This document shows positions 1-14,096 of a stretch of DNA of 64,000 bases, in pieces. The stretch lies in the NCBI RefSeq assembly GCF_009914755.1, contig NC_060929.1. The stretch is one strand, 5' to 3'. This DNA is from the human T2T-CHM13v2.0 reference genome, Homo sapiens. A program made the translations under genes and the position numbers. Within the stretch, counting starts at the first letter, position 1; every line of letters starts with the position of its first letter. The notes below the pieces were generated by a model. It was not told where the DNA came from, did not search any database, and worked only from the letters and a program-made list of their open reading frames with translations.

Positions 1-3000
1 ATGACACAATTTATCAAAATTTTCTAGATACAATAAAAGCAGTGTATAAAGTGAGATTTATAGCACTGAAGGCATATATTAGAAAAAATAAAGAGCTAAA
101 ATCAATAATCAAAGTTTCCACTTTAGAAAACTAGAAAACAAAGAGCAAATTATATCTGAAGAGAGCAGAATAAAAGAAATAATTAGAGCTAGAGCAGAAA
201 TCATTGAAATTGAAAACAAGAAATCAATAGAAAGTATCATCAACTACAAGAAAAGTTGTTTCTTTGAAAAGATCAGGAAAACCAACAAGCCTCTATACAA
301 GATAACTAAGAGAAAGAAAAGAAAAGAAAATTAACTGCTATCAAAAATTAAAGAGAGCACATCACCGCAAATACCATACACATTTGCTAACCTAGACAAA
401 ATGAACCAATTCCTTGGAAGGCACAATCTGCCAAAATTCACAGAAGAAAAAGTAGACAATCTGTGTATAAATACAGTTGTTCCACAGTCTCCTTGAACAA
501 TTGGTTCCACAACTTCCCACAGGTAACAAAATTCATGGATGCTCAATTCCATTATACAAAATTGTATAAAACTATATTTATATTTTTATAAAATATAAAT
601 TTATATATAATATATAACTATATGTTTATATTTTTATCCATTATTTAAAATTTGGTTTTCTGTTTTCAATTTCAATGATTTCTGCTCTAGCTCTAAAATT
701 CATGGATGCTCAATTCCGTTTTATATAATTTTGGTATCTGTAGGGGTTCCTGGAACCAATTACCCAAGGAGACTGAGGAACAACTGTATATATATATATA
801 CACAGATTCTCCCATACACTTTAAATAATTTCTAGACTATTTATAATACCTGATACAATGTAAATAATAGTTAAATAATTGTTATGCTATATAATATTTT
901 TAAAAATTTTATTATTTTTATTGTTGTGGATTTTATTGGTTTTTCAAATATTTATGATCTGTAATTGGTTGAATCTGCAGATACAGATCCCAAAGAAGGC
1001 TGACTATATGTATAATTGAATCCATAATTAATAACCTTGCAAAACAGAAAGCACTAGGCCCAGATGGGTTCACCAGTGAATTCCACCAAACATTTAAAAA
1101 AGAAATTATATCAATTCTTCACAATCTCCTCTATAAAATAGAAGTACAGGGATTACTTCCTAACCTATGCTGTGAAGCAAGCATTGTCCTAATATTAAAA
1201 CCATCTAAAAATATGACAAGTAAAGAAACCACAGAGTGATATCTCTTATAAATATAGCTGGAAAAAATCCTCAACAAAATATTAGCAAGTTGAATCCAAC
1301 AATGTATTAAAATAGTTATATACCATGACTAAGTGTGATGTAGCTCAGGAATGACCAGGAATTCAAGGCTGGATCAACATTTGAAAATAAATTAATTTAA
1401 TCTATCACATTTACAGCCTAGATAAGAAAAAAAAAATCACTTTATCATATGAACAGATGTAGAAAAGGCATTTGACAAAATCCAACACCCATTAAATTTT
1501 ATAATAAAAAAGTTTGAATAAACTGGGATTAGAAGTTTAATTTCTTCAATTTAATAAAGTATATTAACAAAAACCCTACAGCTAATATCATACTTAATGG
1601 TGAGAAACTAGGAGCTTTTCCACTAAGATCAGGAATGAGGCAAACATTTCTTCTCTCATGACTCCTTTTCAATATTGTACTAGTAAATGCAATATGCCAA
1701 GAGAAGAAAATAAAAAATACACAGATTGAAAAGGAAGAAATAAAATTGCCTTCATTCACAGATGATGTAATTATCTATGTAGAAATTCAGAAAAAGTCAA
1801 CAAAAAAACTGGAACTAATAAGTAAACTATAGCAAGATAGCAGGATATGAGGTTAATATGCAAAAGTCAATTGCTTTCCTATATATCAGAAATGAACAAG
1901 TAAAAATTTTCATTGGCAAATTAAATTAAAAACATAATGCCATTGGCATTGGCACTAAAAAAGGAAAATATTTAGGAATAAATCTAACAAAACATATACA
2001 AAATCCTTATGAAGAGAACTACAAAACTGTTGAAAAAAATCAAAGAAAAGCAAAATAACTGCAGACAAATTCCACAATCATAAATAGAAAGACTTGATAT
2101 TGTCCAGATGTCAGTTCTTTTCAAATAATTTACAGATTCAATGCAATCCCAGTAAAAATTCTAGCCAATTATTTTGTGAATATTACCAACCTGATTCTGA
2201 AGGTTTTATGGAGAGGCAAAACATCCAAAATAGCCAGCACAATATTGAAGACAGAAATAAAGTTGGAGGACTAATACAATCCAACTTCAAGACACTATAA
2301 GGCAACAGTAATCAAGATAGTGTGATACTGGCAAAATAATAAATAGATCAGTGGAGCAGAATGGGGAGTCTAGAAATAAACCCAAATGAATGTAGTCAAC
2401 TAATATTTGACAAAGCACTCAAGACAATAAAATGTAGAGTCTTTTCAACAAATGTTGATGCATGTGAATGCCTTTTCAAATACATCACCAAAGGTGTGAT
2501 CCATGAAAACAAAGAACTTATTAGCTGGACTTCATTATACTTAAAATTTTCTGTTCTGTAAAAGACAATGTCAAAAGAGTAAAAAGACAAGTCACAGACT
2601 TGGAGGAAATATTTATTAAAGACATTCTGATAAATAACTCATCAAAAATATATAAAGAATCCTTAAAATTCAACAATGTGGAAACAACCTGATTAAAAAA
2701 TGGGCCAAAGACCTTAACAGGCATGTCACCAAAGAAGATAAGTAGATGGCAAATAAGCATATGAAAAGATCTTAAACATAATAGGTTATCAGGGAAATGC
2801 AAAATAAAATAACTAGATACTACCACACATCTAATACAATGATCAAAATTCAGAACACTGGCAAGACAGAATGCTAATGAAAATGGAGAAATACAGGAAC
2901 TGTCAATTATTGCTTGTGTAAATGCAAAATGATACAGCCATTTTGGAGAAGAATTTGGCATCTTCTCACAAAACTAAACATACTTTTATTATATGGTCCA

Positions 3001-3440
3001 TCAGTCACACTCCTTGATGTTTACCCAGTGGATTTGAAAACTTATGTATACACAAAAACCTACACATGGATGTTTATAGCAGCTTAATACATAATTACCA
3101 AAACTTAGAAGCAACCAAGATGTCCTTCAACAGGCAAATAGATCAATAAACCATGGTACATCCAGATCATGAGATATTTAGATAATGGAATATTTACAAA
3201 AAAAAAAAAGAGATGGGCTATCAAGGCATAAACAGACATGGAGGAAGCTTAAATATAAATTACTAAGTGAAAGAAGTCAATTTGAAAATGATACATATTG
3301 TATGATTCCAACTATACAACATTCTGGAAAAGGTAAACGTATGAAGACAATAAAAAGGGATTAGGGAAAAAGAGGGATGAATAGGGATTTTAAGCAATGA
3401 AACTACTCTGTATGCCACTACAATAAACTTATCTGACTGA
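1..3440 (+). mobile_element. Old degenerate LINE-1 (L1M-type) ORF2 and 3' remnant, interrupted by a MER2-like element
   Basis: A-rich L1 ORF2 hallmarks (ggcccagatgggttcaccagtgaattc, aaaatcctcaacaaaatattagc, gcatttgacaaaatccaaca, aagcaaccaagatgtccttc). Many stop codons. Confidence 0.85.
474..1006 (+). mobile_element. MER2-like (TcMar-Tigger) DNA transposon fossil, internally rearranged
   Basis: Begins TA|cagttgttcc...ttggttcca...atggatgctcaa and ends ttggttgaatctgcagat...ggctgacta, resembling the recalled MER2 consensus. Confidence 0.7.
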
Positions 3441-5952
3441 CTGTGGTTAAAATATCTCACTTTTGCACATTTTTAAGAACATAAGACCACGTGAATACAC
3501 TTCTGGAGCCCCTCATGGAGCTTGGAGGAGCTGAGCGTATGCAGTACTCTGAACGTGGAGGAACGTTTTCTGCGATAAGAGTTGTTGTGTTCAATTGCCT
3601 CTATTAGGAGGAATTTCAACAGCATAAGACACTGGCTTCATTCCTATCTCTATTTCCCTTGGATCTAATAACAAACCTCACTCAGAGTAATCACTCAGCA
3701 GGAGCTTGCCACAAAACTAAAATCTGATCCTAGGCAGGTTATTAAAGATGCAGAATTAAAGCTTTAAGTTCCCAAGGACTGTCATTCTTTTCATATGGCT
3801 GCACTATAATGCACATGTTACTTAAATAAACTCCCTGAGTTTCTCCACAAGGCATATCACCTTAGAATAGAGTGAAAATCAATCGGAGCTGGGATATTTT
3901 GCCCAGTGCTTAAGGATAACAGTGCTAGGCTGACCTTCACCATGTTAGATAAAATATGAGAGAGCAGGGGCTAAGTCATTTTTGGGAAAGTATGAAAGTC
4001 TTTCATTCATACTGAACAGAGAGTTTGGAACATGTCAATTGCAAACTATGATTCAGAAAGAAGAACTTCCACTGTCATGGGTGCTTCTTCTACAGCCCTG
4101 ATTTGAAGGTCAGGGCTACAGTGGGTCTCAGATGGGACCACCAGTTCTCTTGCCCTCATGGAGTCCCTTGTGGGAAATATGCCTGCTCCATCTAACAGCT
4201 GAGCTGCCCGCATGGTCTAACACACTCCAGCTATTTGGGTTGGCTTCTTACATGCATTAGCTCAGAGAAGTGGTAGCTATTTCTAGGTCTACCACATGGA
4301 GTCCAGGCTGTCCTGTGGGCTCCAGCTCATTTATCCAGGGATGTGGCATCTGGAGAGAAGGCAAGCAGAGACACTACAGTCCTTTTCATGCAGTTTCCTG
4401 GAATTCAGCCAATCTGGAAAGAATCTACCACTGTGCTCACAAGAGCACTAAGAAAACAACCCATTATTCTGATTTGTAAAATAATCTAATGCATAGCTTA
4501 CTCTTCAAATGGCATTCAGGCTCTCCGGCCCAGGAAGTGAGTTGGGAAGACCCAGGGCATCCCACAAGGATCAATGGTCACTGCACAAGCAGGTTTGATA
4601 TTTTAAGCACTTGGGGATTTCCTTGGAGATAATACAGAAACAAAGAATTTCAAAAGGGTGGACTTAAAACTTGGAAGAAAATATTTAACAGCCCATTGAG
4701 TAGAAAAGTTAAAAAAAAAAAACTTAAAAAAATATGAAGTCAGTTTGGAGACTCCATGGAAACACTGGGATGTTGCATGGGATGCCCAGAGAGTTTGAAA
4801 GACAAACCCCAAGGGACAGGAGAAAGAAAGCTTGCCTGTGTGAATGAGCAAGGCAGTGGCTCAGCCCCACAAAGCAACTCCTATTTAGAGAAAGATCACA
4901 GCACAAACAATAGCTGATTAGCCTCAAATGAAAATGTAAAATGGCAGAGGCAACTATAAAGAGAGAAAGATTAAAAGGTTTAACAGAAGATCCAATAACT
5001 ACATGTGGAACAAGCAGCAAGGCTTGTGATTCAGAGCCCATCAAATCAACAGAGGTGCTGCTACAAGAGGTGGCCATTGAAGGCACAGATGTCTTCACCA
5101 GGTCACAGCCGGCAGGGATCATTCAATTCAGAGGCACTCCAAGGGAAAGCATCTAATGACAATTGAGACAAGGATAAAAGCCTCAAGGGAAAAAGTTTTT
5201 AGGTTATTGTACAAACTGAAGTCTGGCCAGGTGAGCTGAGACAGGTGTGATACTTTGAACAGCCCAAAAAGTGAGAACTGAAAAGGTAAAACTGTTGTCT
5301 TGAAGTTGCTAATGGGGTAAGCCAAGGTGCAAAGGAGATAATGAAATTGAGGAGCTGGCAAATCTCACTTAAATCTTGGTGGAGTTAATAAAAGAACTAA
5401 CACAAGGCAATAGTGCAATGCTTGACTTGTCATTCTTAACGTGTTCTTTATCAATGGCTACAATTAAAAATCATATGTGCCAAACAGAACATGAGCAGAA
5501 GCAAAAGGAGGTGAGTTCTGTTTAGGAAGCATCCCACATACTATGCTGCCTAAAGAAAGCTTTACCCACCGGAAACTTAAAGAGCTATTTTAACTTCTAT
5601 TTTTTGAGCCCCAACTTAGTTGCTGAGCTAAGACATCTGGAGGACAGAAGCCTCCACAAAAAACATAGACCAAGAACTCACAGAGATCTGCTGTCATAAG
5701 GCACACTCAGTGATGCTCCTATAATAAGGAAACTTGAGAGGACCACACAGCCACCAAACTTAAGCAAATGGCAGACTGAGAGAAAGGTCTTGCAATAAAC
5801 ATTAGGTGTGGGATAAAATACTGAATGGTAAAACCCTGATGGGGAGAGATCTGCATTTCCATTTTGAAACATTAGATATACTGGCCATTTTCAGGAATAC
5901 TAACTATTTAGAGCTGCTCAAAAAAATCTTGATTTTTTTTTCCTTTTCCCCT

Positions 5953-6487
5953 AGAAGTGGGTGCTACTTCGCATGATTGTACCATTTAGGAAGAACAGGC
6001 TACACAATGGCAAAATGATGTGTACAGAGATTGCACACTGGGAAATCATGCACACAGTGGCAGGCAACATAATATTTAAGTAAGGACTCTGGAGTCAAGC
6101 CCCCTGTTGAAATACTGGCTTTTCTACCTATTTGCTATGAAACTCCTGGACAAGTTTTTCAACTTCCTGAATCCTAGTTTCCTTGTTCTTAAACTAAGGA
6201 TAATAAAATAGCTCATAAGATGCTGAGGGAAATAAAAGGGTAAAACTATGACAAGTGCTTTGTCCTGTTTCTCTTGAGAGTGAGGGCTTAATAAAGGCAT
6301 TATTTTAGCATTATTTTAAGACCAGGTTTTACCTCTAATATCAAGATACACTCTCTTTTAACTACCACCAAGTATCAGAAGTGGGTGCTACTTTGCATGA
6401 TTGTACCATTTGGGAAGAACAGGCTACACAATGGCAAAATGATGTGTACAGAGATTGCACACTGGGAAATCATGCACACAGTGGCAG
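5953..6487 (+). repeat. 111-bp dispersed direct repeat (5953-6063 and 6377-6487)
   Basis: Direct comparison gives 2 mismatches in 111 nt, with a 313-bp spacer. Confidence 0.92.
6075..6300 (+). mobile_element. MIR-like SINE remnant
   Basis: ggactctggagtcaa...ggacaagtttttcaacttc...agtttcct...aggataataa resembles the MIR core. Confidence 0.5.
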
Positions 6488-7971
6488 ACAGGGTTGTTTG
6501 AAGGATTAGGAATACAGAGACAGACAGTGGTCTTCACAGCAAAACTCAGTCACAGTCGTTGGCAGCAGTCATTCAAGTAGCTCAGCCTTGCAGTGGTGTT
6601 TTTGAGCATATCACTCCTCCCCACTTCTGTTTAGGTCACACCACGGTCATCACCAAAAAACTAATCGTCGCCCATTGGCTAGTCCATGCTTAGAAAGCAA
6701 GCACCTTCCTAGGTTATGTCAAGAAAAAATAAACAGAAAACGACATTGGCAATTGGTGTCATCCTGTCTCATTCATCCTATTTAGTCAACATACTCACCT
6801 CTAGCCATGATTTTCCTGAGGTTTTTCAGAGCTGTGTTTTTCCACCTACTAGACTAAGCAACAGGAGAAGAAAAAACAATGTTAAGTCAACATCTTGAGG
6901 CACATCTATTAACCACTTTATTATATACAGTAGCTCTCTCAATTATCAGAACTGAAAAGTTATTTTTTAATTTCCATTTTTAGTAAAACATGATTCAAAA
7001 AAGACGTATGTAATCTACCCAAGTTCAAAGTTACAACATGGTAAAGAAGACCTTGAGCCTTATCCTCTCGGGCATCTCCCATCGGAACAGCTTCTGCCTC
7101 AACTCCTTCCTCTTCTAAACCCACCCTTCATGTCACTATCCTAATGACTATTTGGAAACTTTATCACTACTGCCCCAGGCTGAGACAGTCTTAAGAGCTC
7201 TTTGCAGTTCTTGGGATGTGGATTGAACTCCTCAGCCTGATACCATGTCCTGCAGGGCCAGGCCCATCCCATCTTCCCAGAGCCTCCACTCCCACAACAC
7301 TGGGCTCAGCTCCTCTCAGCACAGAATCACAGAATCTATAGGCCAATTCTCACTTCCCTCCATTTCCAAAGGCCTTCTGCATGAAGGTTTCCAACCTCAA
7401 AGTCCTTCACAGTCACCTAATGGCTGCATTTATAATGCCACTGTATCAGCTCCTCACCCTCCACTTTTGAGCTGCCCTTAGTGAAGCTAAGTCAGCTGAG
7501 CTCTGAGGACCTCACAGCAGCATCCACACCTGCCTCCCTCCCCACATCTCTGGCATGGCTTGGGCATTGTTGCTTTCTGTGCTCTGAGCTCTTGAGAACA
7601 ACCTCTTGCCCCCTCCCGCATTCCCAGATCCCAGCATGGGGCCCCACTCATGGTAGTCATTAGCAAATTGTAATTGTGAAAAGGAGGAGATAATAAACTA
7701 TTTTAATGGGAAGTCATTCCCAGAGGTAGGGGAAGCCTCCATATCTCCACTTTTCCTATTCATATTTTTTATTTGTACAAATTTATGGGGTTCATGTGAA
7801 ATTTTGTTACATGTATTAAATGTTTTGTGATCAAGTCAGGGTATTTACAGTCTCCATCACCCAAGTATAACACATTTTGTTAAATATAGTCACCCCCCTC
7901 TGCTATCAAACATTGAGTTTATTCCTTCTATCTTGCAATATGTTTGTACTTTTTTTAATGTTCATATGATT

Positions 7972-8422
7972 ATTTTTTAATTTCCAACTTATTTAAGTTC
8001 AGGGGCACATGTGCAGGATGTGCAGGTTTGTTATATAGGTAAATGTGTGTCATCGTGGTTCGCTGCACGGATCATCCTGTCACCTAGGTATTAAGCCCAG
8101 TATCCATTAGCTATTCTTCCTGATGCCCTCCCTCTTCCCACTCCCTACCCTCCAACAGGTCCCAGTGTGTGTTTTTTCCCACCATGTGTCCATGTATTTT
8201 CATCATTCAGCTCCCACTGATAAGTGAGAACATGCAGCATTTTGTTTTCTGTTGCTGCATTAGTTTGATAAAAATAATGGCTTCTTGCTCCATCCATGTC
8301 CTTGCAAGGGACATAATCTTGGTATTTTTTTGTGGCTGCATAGTATTCCATAGTGTATATGTACCACATTTTTTTAATCCAGTCTGTGACTGATGGACAT
8401 TTAGGTTGATTCCATGTCTTTG
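7972..8422 (-). mobile_element. L1PA-type 3' end fragment
   Basis: catgtgcaggatgtgcaggtttgtta...ctaggtattaagcccag. Minus strand translates TWNQPKCPSVTDWIKKMWYIYTMEYYAA (ORF2 C-terminus). Confidence 0.8.
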
Positions 8423-8455
8423 CCACCCACTTCTCCACCTTCCCTTCTCCTGCCA

Positions 8456-8828
8456 TGATATGATTTGGCTCTGTGTCCTCACCCAAATCTCATCTCAAAT
8501 TTTAATCCCCACATGCTGATGGAGGAACCTGGTGAGAGGTGATTGGATTATGGGGATGAATTTCCCCCTTGCTGTTCTCATGACAGTGAATGAGTTCTCA
8601 GGAGATCTGGTTATTTGATAAGTGTCTGGTGCTTCTGCCTGCTGGCTCTCTCTCTCTCCTGCTACCATGTAAGACATGTCTTGCTTTCCCTTTGCCTTTC
8701 CCAATGATTGTAAGTTTCCTGAGGCCTCTCCAACCATGGGGAACTGTGAGTCAATTAAACCTCTTTTGTTTATAAATCACCCAGTCTCAGGTAATATCTT
8801 CATAGCAGTGTGAAAATGGACTAATACT
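8456..8828. mobile_element. THE1/MST-family MaLR solo LTR
   Basis: tgatatgatttggctctgtgtcctcacccaaatctcatct...gagtcaattaaacctcttt...ggactaatac termini. Confidence 0.85.
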
Positions 8829-11800
8829 CACCCACTCACCATTTCCAGTCTCTGTTGTCTATCTTCCTACTCTCTATCTCCATGTGATCGAAGTTTTTAG
8901 TTCTTACATATAAGTGAGAACACACGATATTTGTCTTTTTTGCCTGCCTTATTTCACTTAAGATAATCACCTCCATTTCCATCCAGATGTCTGAAAAATA
9001 CATGATTTTATTCATTTTTGTGGGTGAATGGTATGCCATTGTGAATATATACCACATTTTCTCTATCTCTTTGCCTGGCAATGGCCATTTAGGTGATTTT
9101 ATATATTTGCTATTGTGAATAGTGCTGTAATAAACATGTAAGTGCCAATATCCTATAGATATACTGATTTATTTTCCCTTGCGTAAATATCATGTACTAG
9201 GATTCCTAGATCAGATGATAATTTTCTTTTTCGTTTTTGAGAAATCTCCATTCTGTTTTCCATAGAGGTTGTACTAGTTTACATTCCTGTTAACAGCATG
9301 TATGAGTTCCCTTTTCTCTGCATCCTTGTCAACATCTGCTACTGTTTGTCTCTTTATTAATAGCCATTTTGACTGGGGTAAGCTCTTTCTGGTTCTAATT
9401 TGTACTTCTCTGATGATTAGTAATGTTGAGCATTTCTTTTCACATACATATTGGCCATTTGTATGTCTTCTTTAGAGAAATGTCTATTCATGTCCTTTGC
9501 CCACTTTTTAATGAGATTGTTTGTTTGTTTTCCTTGTTGAGTTGTTTCAGTTCCTTGCATATTCTGGATATTAGTCCCCCATTGATGTATACTTTGCAAA
9601 TATTTTCTCCCATTCTGCGGGGTGTCTCTCCACTCTGTTGATTATTTCTTTTGCTATGCAGACACATTTTTGTTTAAATAAATCCCATTTGCATATTTTT
9701 GGTTTTGTTTCCTGGGCTTTTCAGGTCTTAGTCTAAGTTCTTTGTCTAGACCAATGTCCAGGAGAGTTTATTCTATATTTTCTTCTAACATTTTTATAGT
9801 TTTCGGCCTTATATTTAAGTTTTTTATTAATTTTGAGTTGACTTTTTTATATGGTGAGGGACAGGAATCCAGTTTCATTCTTCTGCATGTGGCTATCCAA
9901 TTTTCCAAGCACCATTGATTGAAGAGGGGGCTCTTTTTCCAATTTTCCTATTCATATTTTTATGGCTAGAATGGCAGAGAGTATTCATGTCTTACCACAC
10001 CTCACTGACCAGGAGGTCGTGGTCAGGAGGACATTGCAAAAAGAAAATTCTCATTTATCTATTTATTCATGTAGGTAATGATACAGGAGCTGTGTCTCTA
10101 CTAGTTGTCTGCCACCCCTGGGTACAAGAATGAGAAGGCATATGGTGCTCAAGACTGAGATGAAAAATATATACACAATGTTGCCAGGCAAAGCTTCACT
10201 GCAAGGGATCTGATTTCTCTCAGGGAAGGAAGTGAAGACCAGCACAGCTGTGCCAAGAGTGAACCTGCCCACGGAAACCTCTCACTCCTTACCTTACCCT
10301 CTCTGCCTTCCCTAAACTCCAATAAACTGAAACTCAAGGACCCTCCAGGAAGCATCTTGGGGGATGTGCCTGAATAGTGATTGGCCAACAGAAATGGATA
10401 CCCACACACTTTGTTGTTGTCGTGGACTTTTTCTCCTGATGTTGTTGTTCTCAAATTCTGCCCATGATGCAAAAAGAAACAGAGAGAAGTGGAGGTGACT
10501 GTGTTTTTTCCCACTCTTGACAGGAGAGCTGTTAAAGAACTAACGCTACCCTTCCAGAGTCTGCTGGAGAGGCGGGCTGGGTAGGGGGCAGGGGCACCCC
10601 TCCAAGTGCTGGATCACCTGGGCACCAACCAGGGGTGAAGTCAGAGGCCTTTGCTTTAGAAATAGGCATTTTCTACTCCAGTTGCTCCTAGAATGTTTCC
10701 GTCCACATAGTTATATGGTTAGAATTTTTTTTCAACGGATTTTTGTTTTTCACATTTGACACTGAACTTGCCTTCACTGATTTTTATTTCTTCCTCTTAG
10801 GAGAAATAAAGTGCCGAGGTATGAGAAGTACCTGGGGAGCAAAATCAAGTAAAAAGAAGGCCAGCATTGGCAGTATCTCTGTTATCAAATGCATAAAGCA
10901 GGATGGATGAGGAATTTCATTTGCCAGGAGTGGCAACAGTGTAATAACAGAAGTTCTGCCTCCATCCCTGCACCTGCTTGTACAGTTCAAATTAAAACCT
11001 GAAACCCAGCAAATCCCACTTCACAATGGCTTTCAGTGTTGGAGCCTGCGAATTAAAGGCCTCCATTGTTTGGAAGGATTATTTCCTTGCCTTTACTAGC
11101 TTCAAAGAAATGTGAATCTTCACTCACTTTCCTATTGATCCTTGTTGATCAGATTAACTTTGTTTTGGATTCCTATTGAAACAAAGACAAACAGATACAT
11201 TTTAAGCACTTTTATGTATAGCTTTGTTTCAGTTCAGAATTCTTACTCTGCTTCTACTCCCTTGTTATAAAGATTACTAGGCAGTTGGGGGAAAATAAAG
11301 GAATTACCATAAATTCTATTCACTAAATACCAACACTTTCAGGCAAATTATCTCAATTGTAAAATACTTTGGCACACCAAGTAATTATATGCAATTAAAA
11401 CCCCACTGTTGGTTTACTTTCCCTTGTTAATTTATAATGGAATTACCTGTACTCAGGAAAACTAAAAGGTTAGCAAGCACTAGAAATCAAAGACATCTCT
11501 CAACATGGCAGCAATAAAGCCAAACATTTATTCTACTCACTGGGTACTTCAGATTTCAGATAAAATTATTGAATACTTTCCTCTCCTTTAATGAAACATA
11601 AAGAATCTGAAGCGCATTTCCTTGGAGTGTTCTCAGGCTTTTTGTAAATACACTGAGGAGGCTATTTCTTCCCGCCTGCTCGCCTCTCGGGGCCATGACT
11701 CAGATACCCAGGGCTGGGATTAGGAAGTTTCGCCCTGGGCCATGCTGCTCCCCTTCTTTCCTGGTTCCCTTCTCTGCTGGGTGGCTACTGAATCTGCTTT

Positions 11801-13629
11801 TAAGTCCCCGATTAGAAACAAACCTGCAGCCTCCCTCAGTGCCAGATGAAGAGCCCAGAGGCAGGCATCCTAGGTGTTTGTCTGGTCTCAGCCCACAGAG
11901 ACCCCTCTCAGCCCTCGCTTCCCCACAGTAAACCCAACAAGGGCACCGGCCTCTTCCCCTGGCAGGGGCTTGTGCTAAGACTTGCAAAACCTCCCACTGG
12001 ACAGAGTCCCCACCTCCTGACTCAAAGCCAGAGTTCTGTGCAAGCAACATTAATTTATGGGGGGTAAGTGGGTAAAGATCTTGTGAGTATCAGGTTGCAA
12101 CCAACCAAACAAACCAGAGGCACTCCTTTGGGAAAACAATAAGAACCGAGTTCTTCCTGGCCAGAATACAGAGGGTGGCCAACAGTCCTGATTTTCTCAT
12201 GTTGGAGGAATCTATTGGAACTCAGACTTTTCAGGAGTAAAACCTGAAAACCCCCAGCAGATCAAGGAATGGTGTGGCTTATTTGTCCATGTGATCTCAT
12301 ATAACAAGGAGCCAAATGGGGTACGGGTGGCTCCAACCATAGTTTCCCCACCCAGTGGCGCATGGTGGTTGGACACAGACCTGTTCATCCCTTTTGCCCT
12401 GACACTGGCCCCCAACGAGGCCAGGTGTTGGAAAAGAGCCTATATATATGTACCCCTGCACCACACAGCACTTTGTAAATAAGGAATTAATAGGGTTTTC
12501 CTTGCAAGCCACTTTGTCATATAGTCCACTATCTAATTTCACTCAAAAGGCATCAGACGATTCTCCCACTAGCATCAGGAGAGAAACCAACCTGCCAGAG
12601 AGGCCAATATTTCTGAGGAAACATTTTCCATAAATATTATTTTCTGCTTTATTTGGAGTCTCCAGAATAGCAGGAAGAGAGGTCCAATTGGATGGCACCC
12701 TGGTGCCAGGTGGGGCTCAGCTTTGTGCAACGTGACCTCAGGATGCACACGGCCACTGCCTCTCACCATCTGTCTGGGCCCACCTCTCACACGGGCCCAG
12801 GAAATACCTATAGGTGTGGGGGTCGGTGGGATACATTCTGTTAAAAGCACAGATGCTAAAGAAATCACTGAAGATCAATAACTCTATGATCTCCCATTAA
12901 AATTACAAAGTCTCTTTGCGTTTTATCAAGTCATAAATACATCAATTATTTTTCCCTATGCCATTGCCTCTGAGCCTTTCGGCCAACCATCTCTGAAGGG
13001 CACTTGCCCTCCTGCTCCTCAAAGGACAATGTGAGGAAGATCTGCTGCCCCTTCCACCCGAATGCATTGACTTCAGGACAGTGAAAAACATTCCAAGGAA
13101 ACGCACAGCATGCTGCAGAGAAAGGGGGTATGTGGAAACACTGCTGCTTACCAAGGGGAGCCATGCAACGGAACCTGGAACTGGCCCAGTGATGCACACC
13201 TCGTCGATGGTTTCATAACCGTTCATTGGAAAATGAAACCATCAGATCTTCCAAAGCTGAAATGGAACATTTTCTCATTAAAGGCCAATTTCGTGGTTTA
13301 TCTTTGAGAGATTCTTTACCTTAATGTTGATTATCAATATTCTCAAAGCTAAGTTGTAATAAAGACTTTTTTTAAATAAGCAAAATGACCCAGACATGAG
13401 CCTCAACTTGGCTCTTCGGCCACCGCGGTAGCTTCACAGTGTTACCTGATAAAGTGGCTGAACCCTCCATGGTCAAGACTCCACCATGGTCAGGACTAGA
13501 TGAATGGGCTAGAAAACCTTATGATCTGCCAATATTAAAAAGAGTTAAGCACCAATAATAACTGTGTCATCATAGCACACGGTAACTTTTCCAATTAACT
13601 TATTTTTGCCATGCCTCAATGCCTATTGA

Positions 13630-13989
<360 letters not shown>

Positions 13990-14026
13990 GGTCTGCTGTG
14001 TGAAATTTCTGCCATGTTAGCATGGC

Positions 14027-14096
14027 CTGTGTTTTAATTTGAAAGTGAGCTCTGAACACTTCTGTGTTTTAATTTGAAAGTGAGATCTGAACACTT
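14027..14096 (+). repeat. 35-bp tandem duplication
   Basis: ctgtgttttaatttgaaagtgag(c/a)tctgaacactt x2, 1 mismatch. Confidence 0.9.

Larger units (their letters stand above)
7765..9945 (-). mobile_element. L1MA-type LINE-1 3' portion hosting nested younger insertions
   Basis: Reverse strand gives L1 ORF2 C-terminal remnants ([20 protein letters not shown]) and L1MA-like 3' UTR sequence. Confidence 0.8.

Noticed and set aside
1-3440. Potentially active L1 or reverse transcriptase gene
   Set aside because: Heavily mutated and deleted, with no long ORF.
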